From Eledone cirrhosa (taxonomy: Eukaryota): 64,000 bases of DNA. Position numbers and translations under genes: made by a program. The stretch spans positions 100,440,001 to 100,504,000 of the forward strand of contig OZ024744.1 in assembly GCA_964016885.1 (NCBI GenBank), given 5' to 3'. Every line of letters starts with the position of its first letter. Position 1 is the first letter of the stretch. This document shows positions 39,860-53,884 of the stretch, piece by piece. Under the pieces are notes generated by a model, which was not told the origin of the DNA, searched no databases, and saw nothing but the letters and a program-made list of their open reading frames with translations.

Positions 39860-42800
39860 GACAGGTTTTGGTGCATGCCCATATCTTGATTTGGTTGGTT
39901 ACAAAAATCAGTTCAAACTACATCAACAAATTCATTTCTGCCGAACTACCTTCTCTACAATCACATCAAACATGGCCCATGGTCCTTGCGGACATGGACT
40001 CAATATGAAGTCCCCGTGCATACACGACGGAAATTGTACAAAACGATATCCCAGGATATCCCAAAACGATATTACAGGAAACACAGACTGGCGGTGACGG
40101 ATATCCGTTGTATAAGCGAAGGAGACCTGAAGACGGTGGGTTCACAGCAAAAGTTGGCGAACGCGAAATCAACAACAGCTGGATAGTGCCATATTACCCC
40201 CTCCTCTTGAAAGCGTTCAACGCCCATATAAACGTCGAATTTTTCAACTCAGTAAAATCAATTAAATACGTTTGTAAGTACATAAACAAGGGATCAGATG
40301 CTGCCGTCTTTGGTCTTCGTCATGAAAACAGTAGAGACGAGGTATCTGACTACCAAGCAGGCCGATACATTAGCAGCAATGAAGCCTTTTTTGGCTTCCC
40401 ACTGCACCAACGACACCCCGTCATTAAACAACTTGCCGTTCACCTTGAAAACAGTCAACAGGTGTATTTCAACAATGCAACAGCTGCTCAGCTAACGATC
40501 TCACCAAAGGAAACTACACTCACTGCTTTTTTAAAACTTTGTCAACACGAAGACTTCGCTCAAACTCTGCTGTATTCTGAAATACCGTCTTACAATACAT
40601 GGAACCGGACAAAATGGCTACGATGGAAGGTAGGGCAAGAGGTGGTTGGACATCCAGGCATCAAATTCGACAATTGCCTTGGGTGAGTTTATACGGTCCA
40701 CCCTACCCAACACGAATGCTTCTACCTGCGACTTCTGCTTCATGAGGTAAGAGAGCCGACCACCTTCACTCATCTGAGAACGGTCAATGGATACATCTGC
40801 GGAACGTACAGGGAAGCCTGCTTGAGGCGTGGACTTTTAGAAGATGACACACAATGGGATGCAACCTTGACGGAAGCTGCCATCTCACAATCATCCCGTA
40901 GTCTAAGGGCAGTTTTTGCTATCCTCTTACACGTCTGTGAATTGAGCGATCCTTACTCTTTATGGCAACAATTTAAAGATGATTTCGCAGACGAATATAG
41001 GCGTCTCGCTCAATTGCAATCTCCAAACTTAGATGTCGGCTTTTCAGACGCTATATATAACAGATCGATATTGAAGACAGAGTGGCTTCAATGGGTGGAG
41101 ATGTCTTGGAGAAATATGGGCTTCCGCAAGCACATCGAGATGCGCCATCTGACATTCCCAGCGACATTATACGTGAAACATCATATGATGTCGACGAACT
41201 CAAAAGGTATGTTGAAGAAAATGAATCAAAACTGCTAATGGATCAAAAACAAGCCTACAACATTGTCGTTGATTCCATCAGTAATCGGGGAGGGGGTATA
41301 TTCTTCCTGGACGCACCTGAGGTACGGGCAAAACATTTGTAATCAAACTTTTACTTGCTGCAGTGAGGCAACACGGAAATATCGCATTGGCCGTGGCTTC
41401 TTCCGGCATTGCAGCAACTTTGCTGCCTGGTGGCAGGACGGCCCATTCTACCTTCAGTCTTCCTCTCAACGTGGCATCATCTGAGACTCCCACGTGCAAC
41501 ATCAGCAAGTCTTCTGGAAAAGCACTGGTGTTAAAGCGCTGCCTACTAATTGTTTGGTCTGAATGCACAATGGTCCACAAAGCCGCTTTCGAAGCATCAG
41601 ACTGGTCACTCAGAGATATCAGGGACTGTCAAGAACAAATGGGAGGTGTCACTTTCCTGTTATCTGGGGACTTCCGACAGACTCTGGCTGTAATCCCAAA
41701 AGGCCTCCCACTTTGGCGTTATGTAAGAAAGCTGACGCTTACAACAAACATGAGAGCACAACTGCAAGGTGATGAGACATCAGCGGGTTTTGCTGCTGCC
41801 ATTTTTATCGTTGGGAGATGGCAAAGTCCCACTCGACGGAGATGGTGCAGCGGACCTCACAGGGATTTACAGATGCGTTAAGTCAATTGCTGAGTTGGAC
41901 GTCTGTTTCTCCTAATCTTGAGGAGAACTACACAAATCAAGAGTGGTTGTGTGAATGCGCAATATTGGCTTCAAAAAACCACATAGTTGGAAACATCAAT
42001 GAACAGCTCATGTTGTGCTTGCCTGGAAACCTGCATGTCTACAAGTCCCTTGACTCTATGGATGATCCAGACGAAGTTGTTAATTCATCATCATCATCAT
42101 CATCACCGTTTTACGTTCGTTCTTCCACGCTAGCATGGGTTAGACGGGTTGTCCTGTTGTGTGCAGTGTCTGGTCGGCTGACCATGCCTTGCTCATACAG
42201 GAACTGATTTGGCTTGATTTCTACAGCTGGATGCCCTTCCTAACACCAACCTCATTTACAGTGAGTGCTGGGTGCTTTTTCGTGTCGCCTACACGTCCAC
42301 TTTACAGTGTGGGCTGGGTGCTTTTTTGCCGTGGCACCTCCACGACCACCTTGCGGTGGGGAGTGTGGGGGCATATTGTTTATATGCTTCAGCATGTACC
42401 CATGGGAGGTCGGGTACTCTGTATTACTGCGTGACGCCAGAAGTCACGGTCGTGTGTCATTGTCTTTGAGAGGTGTAATTGGGTAAGGTCGGCTTTTATC
42501 ACCTCATCCCAGGTCATCTTGGGTCTCCCCACTCCGTGGTTTCCATCAACTTCTAGTGCTCTGCACCTTTTTATGCAGCTGTCATCCTTCATACGCATCA
42601 CATGTCCATACCAGCGCAACCGCCTCTCCTGCACACAGCATTTGATTCCTCTTATGCTCAGTCTTTCTCTCAATTCATTTATGCTTTGTCGTTCACGTAT
42701 ATTACTGTTACACATCCATCGGAGCATGCAGGCTTCGTTTCTCTCTAATCTACGTAAGTCTTCCACCTTCAGCGCCCAGGTCTCACTACCATGCAACATC

Positions 42801-45000
42801 GCTGTTCGGATACACGCATCATACAGTCTGCCTTTCATTCTGAGGGAAAAGCCTTTTGCAGCTAGCAGTGGTAGTAGTTCCCTAAACTTCTTCCATCCCG
42901 TTCTTACCCTAGTTATTGTACTTTCTGAACACCCACCTCCGTTGCTAATTCGGTCACCTAGGTAGCAGAAGCTGTCTACTGTTTCTACAGGGCCCTCCAA
43001 GAGATTGGTGGTGCTTGTTTCCTGTGGCTGTTTGCTGCTTGCTGTTTCAGCACAGCTGCTGCATGTGAATCCTACATTCTTAATTAAGCTTCCTGAGATC
43101 CCGCTACATCTCTTGTGTACCCATTGTTTGCATTTGGGGCAGAGAATGGAGTTCCTACCTACACCTTTCCTACATACTGAGCAAGGCCATTTCCCTGAGG
43201 GGATCTGGGTTCTGTTTTCTTGTCTACTTACAAGGACCTTAGTCTTTGTCATGTTGACTTTGAGACCCTTTCTCTCTAGTCCCTGCTTCCAGGTTTGGAA
43301 TTTATTCTCTAGTTCTATCATAGATTCAGTTATGAGTGTGAGGTCATCAGCATACAGGAGTTCCCATGGGCATCCGGTCTTAAATTCCTCCGTTATTGCC
43401 TGCAGGACTATGATGAACAGGAGAGGGCTAAGAACAGAGCCCTGGTGGACCCCAACCTGTACGCTAAATTCCTCGCTATACTCATTGCTAATCCTAACTT
43501 TGCTGACTGCTCCCCTATACATGGCTTGTACCGCTTTCACAAGCCATTCATCTACTCCTAGTTTTCTAAGAGCCCACCAGATTACAGCACGTGGAACTCT
43601 GTCAAAGGCTTTCTCAAGGTCGACAAATGCCAAGTAGAGTGGCTTACTTTTAGCTAGGTACTTTTCCTGTAATTGCCTCACAAGGAAGAGGGCATCAGTG
43701 GTGCCTCTTCCTGGTACAAACCCAAATTGCATCTCGTCTATATTCACCCGGTCCCTAATCAGCTGTGCTATAACTCTTTCTGTTACTTTCATGACCTAGT
43801 CCATTAGCTTTATACTTCTATAGTTTCCTCTATCGAGTGCATCACTTTTACCTTTGTAGCAGTTGACAATGATGCTACTGCACCAATCTTTTGGTATGGC
43901 CTCTTCTAGTATTACCTGGTTAACGATACGTGTGGTTATAGTGTGACCTACAGACCCAGATGCCTTCATCATCTCGGCAGCTATACCCGATGGACCGGTT
44001 GCCTTCCCCATCTTCATATCTCTGATTGCCTTACTTACTACGCTGCCGCTGACTTGTACTGCTGGTCCCTCTATAGGGTCTACTTGGGGTAGGGTCTCTT
44101 CTTCCCATGCATTCTCCTCATTTAGTAATCTATCATAATGACTCTTCCATGCATCTTTCTTCTCAGCACTTGTGAGGGCAAGCTCACCTTTATCATTCCG
44201 GATACACTTCTCTCTAATGACATCACAACTATCTCTGACACACTGCCTCGCAATCTTGAATACCTCCTGTTTCTGGTCCTCACGTTGTAAAACATGCTTG
44301 AATTTTCTATCCTCTGCTTCCCTCCTAGCTGAGTATACTTGTCGCCTAGCTTCCCTCTTGGTCTCTATGTAATGTACCCTGCTCCCCCCGTTCTTCCATT
44401 CTTTCCATGCCTGTCTCTTGGTCTTGACTGCTTCATCTACCTTATTGTTCCACCACCAAATCACTCTCCTCCTGCTTGAGGTCTTACTCCAGCCACAGAC
44501 CTCATCCGTCGCCTCTAGTAAATTATTTTAATTTATTATTATTATTTTAATTACCACACAGAATGTCTTAACTCCCTAGACCCTCCCGGATTGCCACCAC
44601 ACTTACTGCGATTTAACAAAGGTGCCTCTGTCGTGCTCCTCAGGAATTTGGAACCCTGAAGGCTTTCCAGTGGCATGCGTCTGGTCGTCCAAAAAGCAAT
44701 GCCTCGTGTTATTGAGGCAACAATACTTACAGGATGTGGTAAGTGGGATACTGTCTTCATACCAAGGATACCTCTCATTCCATCCGGTAAAGACATTCCT
44801 TTCACATTCAGAAGGCTGCAATTCCCTCTCCGCTCAGGTTCGCCATGTCGATTAACAAATCACAGGGTCAGACGCTGACAGTCGTAGGGCTTAATTTAGA
44901 AGAACCGTGCTTCTCCCATGGTCAACTATATGTTGGCTGCTCTCGAGTGGGGAGCCGACATAACCTATTTGCTTTTGCAACTCGCGAGAAAACCTAAAAT
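39860..45000 (+). pseudogene. Helitron Rep/Pif1 helicase pseudogene
   Basis: HAHILIW, MAHGPCG, YKRR, NNSWIVPY, AHINVE, SIKYVCKYINKGSD, FFLDAP, AVASSGIAATLLPGGRTAHS, GDFRQTL, LTTNMR, NSLDPPGLPPH, FSHGQLYVGCSRV; multiple stops and frameshifts. Confidence 0.92.
42085..44530 (-). mobile_element. RTE LINE nested in the Helitron helicase
   Basis: ORFs 43796-44464 and 42389-43792 split by one stop; YADD; host frame ...EVVN | YHTE..NSLDPPG resumes after it. Confidence 0.95.
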
Positions 45001-45704
45001 ATAGTCTATTTGCCAAGGCCGTTTTTGTGGCCACCGACTGTTACATGCTTTTCTAGGTTACAATCTCAAATAACAAGCAAAGCAAATATGACACACCAAA
45101 GAGGTGTGAAGGACTTCTTAAGGGCCACCATCTCTAACCAGTGCCGTCTTTGCTGATAGCTCCGTCGCCGGGACTTTTAAGAGTGAACGATCCAAGGTCC
45201 TCTTCATGGCCTCCAAGTTTAAATTGTTACCATCGGATTCATCTTTGCTGGCAGCACTGCCGCAGAGATATTTCAAAGTGAACGTTAAAAGGTCCTCTTT
45301 AGGCCCACCAACTATGAATTGTTATCGCTGGATTCGTCTTTGCTGGCAGCACCGCCACTGAGACTTTTAAGAGTGAACGATCCAAGGCTCTCTTTAGGGC
45401 CACCAACTTTAAATTGTTATCGCTGGATTCGTCTTTGCTGGCAGCACCGCCACTGAGACTTTTAAGAGTGAACGATCCAAGGCTCTCTTTAGGGCCACCA
45501 ACTATAAATTGTTACCATCGGATTCGTCTTTGCTGGCAGCACCGCCGCAGAGATATTTCAAAATGAACATTCAAAGGCCCTCTTTAGGGCCAACAACTTT
45601 AAATTGTTACTTCTATAATCGTGTTTAACGGAAGTCTTTCGGTTCATTTGAACGACTACTCCATTGAGAGTTATACCGGGCAACACCAGGTACCTCTGCT
45701 AGTG

Positions 45705-47110
45705 TGAGATAAAACAGCACAGTTCACATGACTCTCAGAAATATTTTTTCATGCTCAGAGTTGCTGAAGCATGGAACTACCTGCATCAGTTGTTAGCTGT
45801 CGAGACACTGCATCCTTTAAAACCTCCATCATCATCATCATCATCATCATCGTTTAACATCCATCTTCCAGGCTTGCATGGGTTTGGATGGGAGTTTTCC
45901 CACTTGAGGCAAGAGTGGTTGTCTTGCTCGTATAGGACTGTCTGGCAGGGTTTTCTATGGCTGGATGCTCTTCCTAACACCAACCACGTTTACAGTGTGG
46001 ACTGGGAGGTTTTTACCGTGTTACCTACACGGCCACATTACAGCGTGGACTGTGTGTTTTTCTGTCGTGACACCTACACGCCCTCATTTGTTTCGGACTG
46101 GATGTTGTGGTACCAACATAACTTCACATTTAGGATGGGGTGGGGGTAGTGGGACAGGGGTGTATTTTGTTAGAGGTGCCTACTGACTGTAGGTTTCGCT
46201 TTGTACTTAGCATACTTGTTGAAATTCACCAACACTACACCTGATATCCCCCTCCATACACACTACACATGTATATCATGACTCATACACTGTTCACTTT
46301 CCTGACATTTGTACATTATTCTATGTACTGTGCATGCACCTTTGATGAGTTGTAGTCCTGAGCACGTTACAAAATAATTTCATTATTATTTTTATTAATT
46401 ATGTGAGGTAATGTAAATATTAAAGTGTTGAGGTGAAGAATGGTTAAAACTGGGTAAAGAGAGGTGATAATTTAGGTCAGAAATGAGAGGGAATTTAAAA
46501 TGGGTGACACTGAATATATGGGAGAGAGATAAAATATTAAGTTGGTTAAGGTGATGTGTCATTAAAACTGAATAATGAGAGGTGATGAGTTAGGACAGAG
46601 ATATATAATAATAATAATGAAAATTATTGTGTACAGTGCTCAGGTGCATTATAACTCATCAAAAGTGCATGTATACTACATAAAATAATGTACAAATGTC
46701 AGGAAAGTGAACAGTGTATGTGTCATGATAGACATGTGTGTGTGTGTATGGAGGGGGGATATCAGGTGTAGTGTTGGCGAATTTCAGGAAACATGGAGGT
46801 TTTAAAGGATGCAGTGTCTCGACAACTAACAACTGATGGAGGTAGTTTGTTCCATGATCCAGCAACTCTGAGCATGAAAATATGTTTCTGAAAGTCATGG
46901 GAGCTGTACTGTTTTCTGACTTTGTAGGCATGTCTACGTGTGTTAGACACATGGAATTCAAGAAGGTGCTCAGTGCTCAGGGTTGTTGTTGGCAAGATGG
47001 TTAATAGTTTTGTTGGTGTTTACCAGGTCAGTTGCCAGACATCGGAGCTTCAATGTGTCCATGCCCAGGGAAGCAAGGTGTTCAGAATATGGGAGATGCC
47101 TTATGAGAGG
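45705..47110. mobile_element. CR1/L2-like LINE 3' fragments in opposite orientations, with an RTE 3' end (45828-46212) inserted
   Basis: F..RVA.AWN.LP..VV motif and (ATT)n tails; similarity to 53885-54300. Confidence 0.7.
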
Positions 47111-48038
47111 GAATTTAAAATAGGGACACAGAATATATGAGAGAAAAAAATATTAAGTTGTTTAAGGGGATGTGTGATTACAACTGGGTAATGAGAGGTG
47201 ATGAAAGAAACACTAATATAGATTAGGTAGGACAAGGCTCAGGGCTACCATTATTTTACACACCTGTCCACTGATAACAGGTGTTATCAACAATAGCCTG
47301 ATATGAAGTTTCAAAAATGACTTTAAAATAATTCTACTATCAACTAGGAATTCAGATATGAGTTTAATAATCTAAAAATAAGTTCTAAGGAGGCCCTGGG
47401 TGTGATTAACCTTTTAGTATTTAAACCAGCCATATCCGGCTAGAATTCTCTCACCTCTTTCTGTTCAAACCAGCTGTAACTGGCTGCTCATACTGATGTT
47501 AAGCTTTCCACAACAGTACAAAATAATTGTTTCTACGTTTGGCACAAGGCCAGCAATAACCCAGTGCATTACTGGTACTTTATTTTATCGACCCCGTAAG
47601 GATGAAAGGCAAAGTTAACCTCGGCGGGATTTGAACTCAGAATGGCAAGGGCCATAACTCTATGCGTCAAAGCATGGCGTCCGACCCTCTACCGATACTG
47701 CCAATCCACTACCATACAACAGTACAAAATAATGTTTCTACTTTAGACACAAGGCCAGCAATTACCCCCAGTGCATTACTGGTACTTTATTTTATCGACC
47801 CTGTAAGGATGAAAGGTAAAGTTAACCTCGGAGGTATTTGAACACAGAACGTAAATGGCCATAACTCTATGTCGCAAAGCACGATGTCAGACGCTCTACC
47901 GATACTGCAAAAAGTAATGTAAAAGTAAAAACTCCAATGAAACTGAAAGTGGAGAAATAGATGTGATGCAAGGTTATTATGAAAGCAGCGAGTATTAAAA
48001 TAAATAAATAAAGATATAAAATACTATATACTCTATAT

Positions 48039-48785
48039 CAGGGGCGTGCAACAGGCGGCCCACGGGCCACAATCCAGCCCACCAAACCAGTCAGAGTGGC
48101 CCGCGATAACTGTTTTTAATTTTTACCTTGTAGGCTTTTTTAGAATTTTTTTCGTAACCGTAATACAATTCTCTGTTAGTTGACCTATACTAAAGGGCTT
48201 CACTGATAGGGTTATGTGTGTTATAATTTCCCAGTTCCATGTTATGGAAAGAAGTTGTGGTGAATCTTTGGAATAGTGTTTAATAAATATTACTGACCCT
48301 AATAGTTGTTCTGATAGGGTTATGTGTGTTATAATTTCCCAGTTCCATGTTCTGGAAAGAAGTTGTGGTGAATCTTTGGAATAGTGCTTAATAAATATTA
48401 ATGGCCCTAATAGTTGTTCTGATAGGGTTATGTGTGTTATAATTTCCCAGTTCCATGTTATGGAAAGAAGTTGTGGTGAATCTTTGGAATAGTGTTTAAT
48501 AAATATTACTGACCCTAATAGTTGTTCTGATAGGGTTATGTGTGTTATAATTTCCCAGTTCCATGTTCTGGAAAGAAGTTGTGGTGAATCTTTGGAATAG
48601 TGCTTAATAAATATTAATGGCCCTAATAGTTGTTCTGATAGGGTTATGTGTTATAATTTCCCAGTTACATGTTATGGAAAGAAGTTGTGGTTTTTATTAG
48701 ATTATATATTTTTGACAGTGACTGGCCTAATATTTGTTCCAATGCTCAAAAGTGGCCCGCCAACAGAATATGTTGCACACCCCTG
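48039..48785. mobile_element. hAT-type MITE with internal 108-bp tandem repeats
   Basis: TIRs CAGGGGCGTGCAACA / TGTTGCACACCCCTG, subterminal GGCCC motifs; flanks ctctatat/gtctagag only partly match. Confidence 0.8.
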
Positions 48786-49443
48786 GTCTAGAGTTTCGAA
48801 TAATCCCCCCCCCCCCCCCCACACACACACACTTATTAATTTTTACTAATCTATCTCTGGTAAAATTTTATTTTAATTAGAAGCATTCCTGTGACAATTA
48901 ATTTTCTTTATATATGTCCTTCCTAACACCAACAACATTTACAGTATGGACTGGGTGCTTTTTGTTGTGACTCCTACATGACCACTTTACAGTGTGGACT
49001 GGGTGCCTTTTGTCATGACACCTACATGGCCACTTTACAGTGTGGACTGGGTGCTTTTTGTCATGACACCTACACGACCACTTTACAGTATGGCCTGAGA
49101 GCTTTTTGTCATGACACCTACATGACCACTTTACAGTGTGGACTAGGTGCTTTTTGTCATGACACCTACACAACCACTTTACACTATGGACTGAGAGCTT
49201 TTTGACATGACACCTACATGACCACTTTACAGTGTGGACTGGGTGCTTTTTGTTGACACCTACATGACCACTTTACAGTGTGGACTGGGTGCTTTTTGTC
49301 ATGACACCTACATGACCACTTTACAGTGTGGACTGGGTGCTTTTTGTCATGACACCTACATGACCACTTTATAGTGTGGACTGGGTGCTTTTTGTTGTGT
49401 TGCCATCATGACCACTTTACAGATATATATATATATATATATA

Positions 49444-49866
49444 TCATCATCATCCTCATCATCATCATCATCGTTTAACGTCCATCTTCCACGCTAGCAT
49501 GGGTTTGGACGGGAATTTTCCACTTTAGGCTAGATTGGTTGTCTTGCTCGTATAGGACTGTCTGGCAGGTTTTCTATGGCTGGATGCCCTTCCTAACACC
49601 AACCACGTTTACAGTGTGGACTGGGAGGTTTTTACCATGTTACCTACACGGCCACATTACAGCGTGGACTGTGTGTTTTTTTGTCGTGACACCTACACAA
49701 CCTCATTTATTTAGGACTGGATGTTGTGGTACCAACATAACTTTACAGAGCAAGGGGTGGTGTTGATTGGGGGGGGGGGGTAGTGGGACGGGGGTGTATT
49801 TTGGTAAGAGGTGCCTACTGACTGTAGGTTTCGCTTTGCACTTAGGCAAGGCGGGTCTTCTGTATT
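49444..49866 (-). mobile_element. RTE LINE 3' end
   Basis: Matches 3' UTR of 30897-31300. Confidence 0.85.
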
Positions 49867-49967
49867 ATATATATATATATGTAAAAGGTAAACAGAAATA
49901 ACAACACAATCGGTACAGTATGTGGAAGGAATATATTAGGTTAATGCTTGAAATAGCAGGAAGAGGG

Positions 49968-50003
49968 TCTTAACGTTTCGGATGCTAGTCCTTCATTAGA
50001 AAA
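49968..50003 (-). ncRNA. Decayed minimal hammerhead motif
   Basis: TTTT-CTAATGA-A GGA CTAGCA TCC-GAAA-CG-TT-AAGA; one core substitution. Confidence 0.5.
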
Positions 50004-50126
50004 AAGAATGAGAAATTAGAAAGATTGAAGGGACGGGCAGAGTAGAATTGGAAATGTATTTTCAAATTGGATTTTCACACTGAAACTGGATGTTCCCCAG
50101 AAGTTTACCTGAACTTCCACCAGGAA

Positions 50127-50160
<34 letters not shown>

Positions 50161-50318
50161 TGAGGGGGAATACATACATATTAGGTCTGTAGTGAGGAAT
50201 GAGTAAGAGAAAACAAGAAAATCATCAGAAAACTATTGTCTGCAAATAAATCTTCCACAGATGAATATTAAAAGAAATTAATTTTATCATAAATGACTTA
50301 ATAAAATATCTGAATTAC

Positions 50319-50974
50319 CTCAAATGTGCCACAGTGGGTGAAGCATCTACACACTTTCCTGTGTTATAAGACCAACGAATGTTGAGTTCTTTTTTTCTGT
50401 GATGACAGCAGATTGAGTTTATTTTTTGAGATTCTGAAGAAATATTATCACTTTTTGGTTGGAAACTACAAGAAGTATTGGATATGCTATTATTTGTCTT
50501 AATCTTTTTAGGCTGTGATATACTGTCATCATCAATATCAACAGTTTCAGGGGTCATTAAAGACCCTTTGTTAAGTTTTGGAATTATATTTTTCTGTCCG
50601 GGATTGATATAAGTTACATTATCAGTTGAATGTAACTGCATGTTTTCAATATTTTCTCTGTATGTTTTTCTAACAAACTCATTGTTTCTCTCTTTCTGAC
50701 TCCCATTAATTGATTTCACCTCATTAATCCCTTCATTAGTTCCTTCATCAGATCTAATGCAGTTATGGTTGGAAACAGATTCTTTTATAATGTCCACGAT
50801 GTCTCTGTATGGGTTGTATAGTACCAAAGGAAGAATATGGTTCAGTTGTAAATTGATATTGATATCAAGCTTCAGTCTGTTGATAAATTGCATGGCCAAC
50901 AAGGAATCTCCTCCATTAGCAAGAAACCTTTCTGTTGTCTCAATCCGATGTGTCTTGGGAATTTTCAGAGTGTT
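50319..50974 (-). CDS. AASDH: AASDH exon: phosphopantetheine carrier domain, linker, start of PQQ-type beta-propeller
   Basis: ttacag|AAC ACT CTG...TTG AG|gtaatt; 656 nt open frame NTLKIPKTHRIETTERFLANGGDSLLAMQF...IRWSYNTGKCVDASPTVAHL; GGDSL attachment motif and the AASDH-typical W..TGKCVDASP. Confidence 0.93.
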
Positions 50975-53884
50975 CTGTAAAATAAAATGTAATGTAATGA
51001 ATTTATATAAAATTAATGCATGAAAGGTATATTATCATATAACAAATATCATCATCATTATCATCACCGTTTAACATCCTTTTTTTTTTCCATGCTAGCA
51101 TATGTTAGATGAGTTGTCCCATTGTGTGACAAGCCATAACAGATGACCATGTCTTGCTCATACATGACTGCCTCTGGCTTGGTTTCTATGGCGGGATGCC
51201 TTTCTTAATGCCAACCACATAGTGTGGACTGGGTGTTTTTTTGCCATGATTCCTACACAACCACTATACAGTGTGAACTGGGTGTTTTTTTGTCATGATT
51301 CCTACACAACTACTTTACAGTGTGGACTGGGTGTTTTTTTGTCATGATTCCTACACAACCACTTTACAGTGTGGACTGAGTGTTCTTTTGTCATGATTCC
51401 TACACAACCACTTTACAGTGTGGACTGGGTGCTTTTAGTTATATATAGGAACCTAGTCCACACTGTAAATGTGGTTGCTGTTAAGAAGGGCATCTACCTG
51501 TAGAAACCAAGCCAGAAATGGTTCTGTGTGAGTAAAACATGCTCATCTGACTCCATGACACCTACACAACCACTTTACAATGTGGACTGGATGCTTTTTG
51601 TTGTGACACCTACACGACTACTTTACAGTGTGGACTGGCTGCTTTTTGTTGTGACACCTGCATGACCACTTTATAGTGTGGACTGGGTGCTTTTTGTTGT
51701 GACACCTGCACGACCACTTTACAGTGTGGCCTGGGTGCTTTTTGTTATGACACCTACATGACCACTTTACAGTGTGGACTGGGTGCTTTTTGTTGTGACA
51801 CCTACACGACCACTTTATAGTGTGGACTGGGTGTTTTTTGTTGTGACACCTACACGACCACTTTACAGTGTGGCCTGGGTGCTTTTTGTTGTGACACCTA
51901 CACGACCGCTTTACAGTGTGGACTGGGTGTTTTTTGTTGTGACACCTACACGACCACTTTACAGTGTGGGCTGGGCGCTTTTTGTTATGATACCTACACA
52001 ACCACTTTACAGTGTGGACTGGGCGCTTTTTGTTGTGACACCAATCACGATAATTATAATATTTTACTAATTTACTACTTCACAAATAACAAAAATATAT
52101 TGATAAATTTGATTCTGTCAATGAAAAAGTGGCATGTATATAGGTACTGTGGGAGATTTATGTCAACCAAACTATGCTTTGTACAGTATGGAGAAAATAT
52201 TGGTTATTTAGAGTCATCTAAGAAGTTTTGTTAATTACAATTAATTTACTTGATAAAATAGCTCTAAAATATTTTGTTTACTTGATATATTCAGAAGTTG
52301 CTAATATATATAAATCAAAATAAATTGGACTTAGTAGAAACGTAATCAGCGAGTATTAATTAGAATCACTGATCAACGTGTTAAAGGGAAGTAACTGTGT
52401 ATTGAAGTTCGTACAAGCCTCGTTTAAATGTACGAAAAAAAAAAAATACAAATATATTTTTGTTGGATTTAAAATTAAATCCAAAGCAAATGAGTTCTAA
52501 AATCAAGTAATTGCACAATATTTCAGAAAGTTAAAAATAAAATCACAGTAATAGGAATAAATGACATGATGCAGTTAATAATGGTTTCTAATTTAGGTAC
52601 AAGGCCAGCAATTTGAGGGGGCGGGGAAAGTCGATTAAATCGATCCCAGTGCATTACTGGTGCTTTATTTTATCGACCCCGTAAGGATGAAAGGCAAAGT
52701 TAACCTCGGCTGGATTTGAACTCAGACCATAAAGGGCCGTAACTCTGTGCTTCAAAGCATGGCGTCCGACGCTCTACCGATACTGCCAATCCGCTGATGC
52801 AGTTAATAATGTTTGTTTAATAATTGTTTCTACTTTAGGTACAAGGCCAGCAATTATCCCAGTGTATTACTGGTACTTTATTTTATCGACCCCGTAAGGA
52901 TGAAAGGCAAAGTTAACCTCGGCGGGATTTGAACTCAGGCTACAAAGCATGGCGTCCGATCCTCTACCAATACTGCCAATCCACCGCCATGTTTGTTTAA
53001 TAATGGCATCATTGATGAAATCTTTTATTAAATGAAATGGCAAATATTTATAGTATCTTTACTAATGGACAGATCATTGTGGAAATGTCCCAGTATGAGA
53101 GAAACAACTTATTTGATGTAATGCAGTCATAGTGTTGTTTTGTACTTTTCAAAAATGTCTTGTCATTGTGGTTTTATGTGGTTTGTTAATTCAAATGTTT
53201 ATAGTATCTTTACTAGTGGATAGATTGTTGTGAGAATTTTCCAGTATTAGAGAAACAACTTTAATATTTAATGTAATGAAGTCATAATGTTGTTTTATAC
53301 TTTTAAAGAATGTTTTGTTAATGTAGTTTAATATGGTTTATTAAGTTTATTAATTCAAATGTGTATAGTATCTTAACTAGTGGAAAGATTGTTGTCAGAA
53401 TTTTCCAGTATTAGAATAACAACTTTTATATCTAATACGATACAGTCATAGTACTGTTTTGTACTTTTTCAAGAATCTCCTGCTAATGTGATTTCATATG
53501 GCTTGATAATTCAAATGTTTACAGTATCTTTACTAGTGGACAGAATGTTGAGAACATTTATAATATTAAAGTAAATACTTTAATATTTAATGTGATACAG
53601 TCATAGTACTGTTTTGTACTTTTTCAAGAATGTCTTGTAATTGTGGTATTATGTGGTTTGTTGATTCAAATGTTTACAGTATCATTACTAGTGGACAGAT
53701 TGTTGTGAAAATTTGCAGTATTAGAGTAAATATATTAATTTTTAATGTGATATAGTTATAGTGTTATTTTATATTTTTCAAGAATGTCTAAGTAAATTAT
53801 CAGGTAAATGGCATTTAATTTCATAGATTAGACAAAAAAATTAACAATTTGCAGAAAGAAGGTAATGATATATAATATAATATA

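Larger units (their letters stand above)
38190..45702 (+). mobile_element. Helitron with both termini and decayed RepHel, interrupted by an RTE LINE
   Basis: Inserted at A|T in gatatta/tgtgagat; 5' TCTATATATAAAA; 3' hairpin ataccgggcaacaccaggtac then CTAG; second 5' terminus near 38536; 95-bp x5 subterminal repeats 45145-45610. Confidence 0.9.

Noticed and set aside
42519-43637. Long plus-strand ORFs opposite LINE RT (also 23742-24683, 31568-32293)
   Set aside because: Antisense shadows of the RT reading frame with no independent motifs
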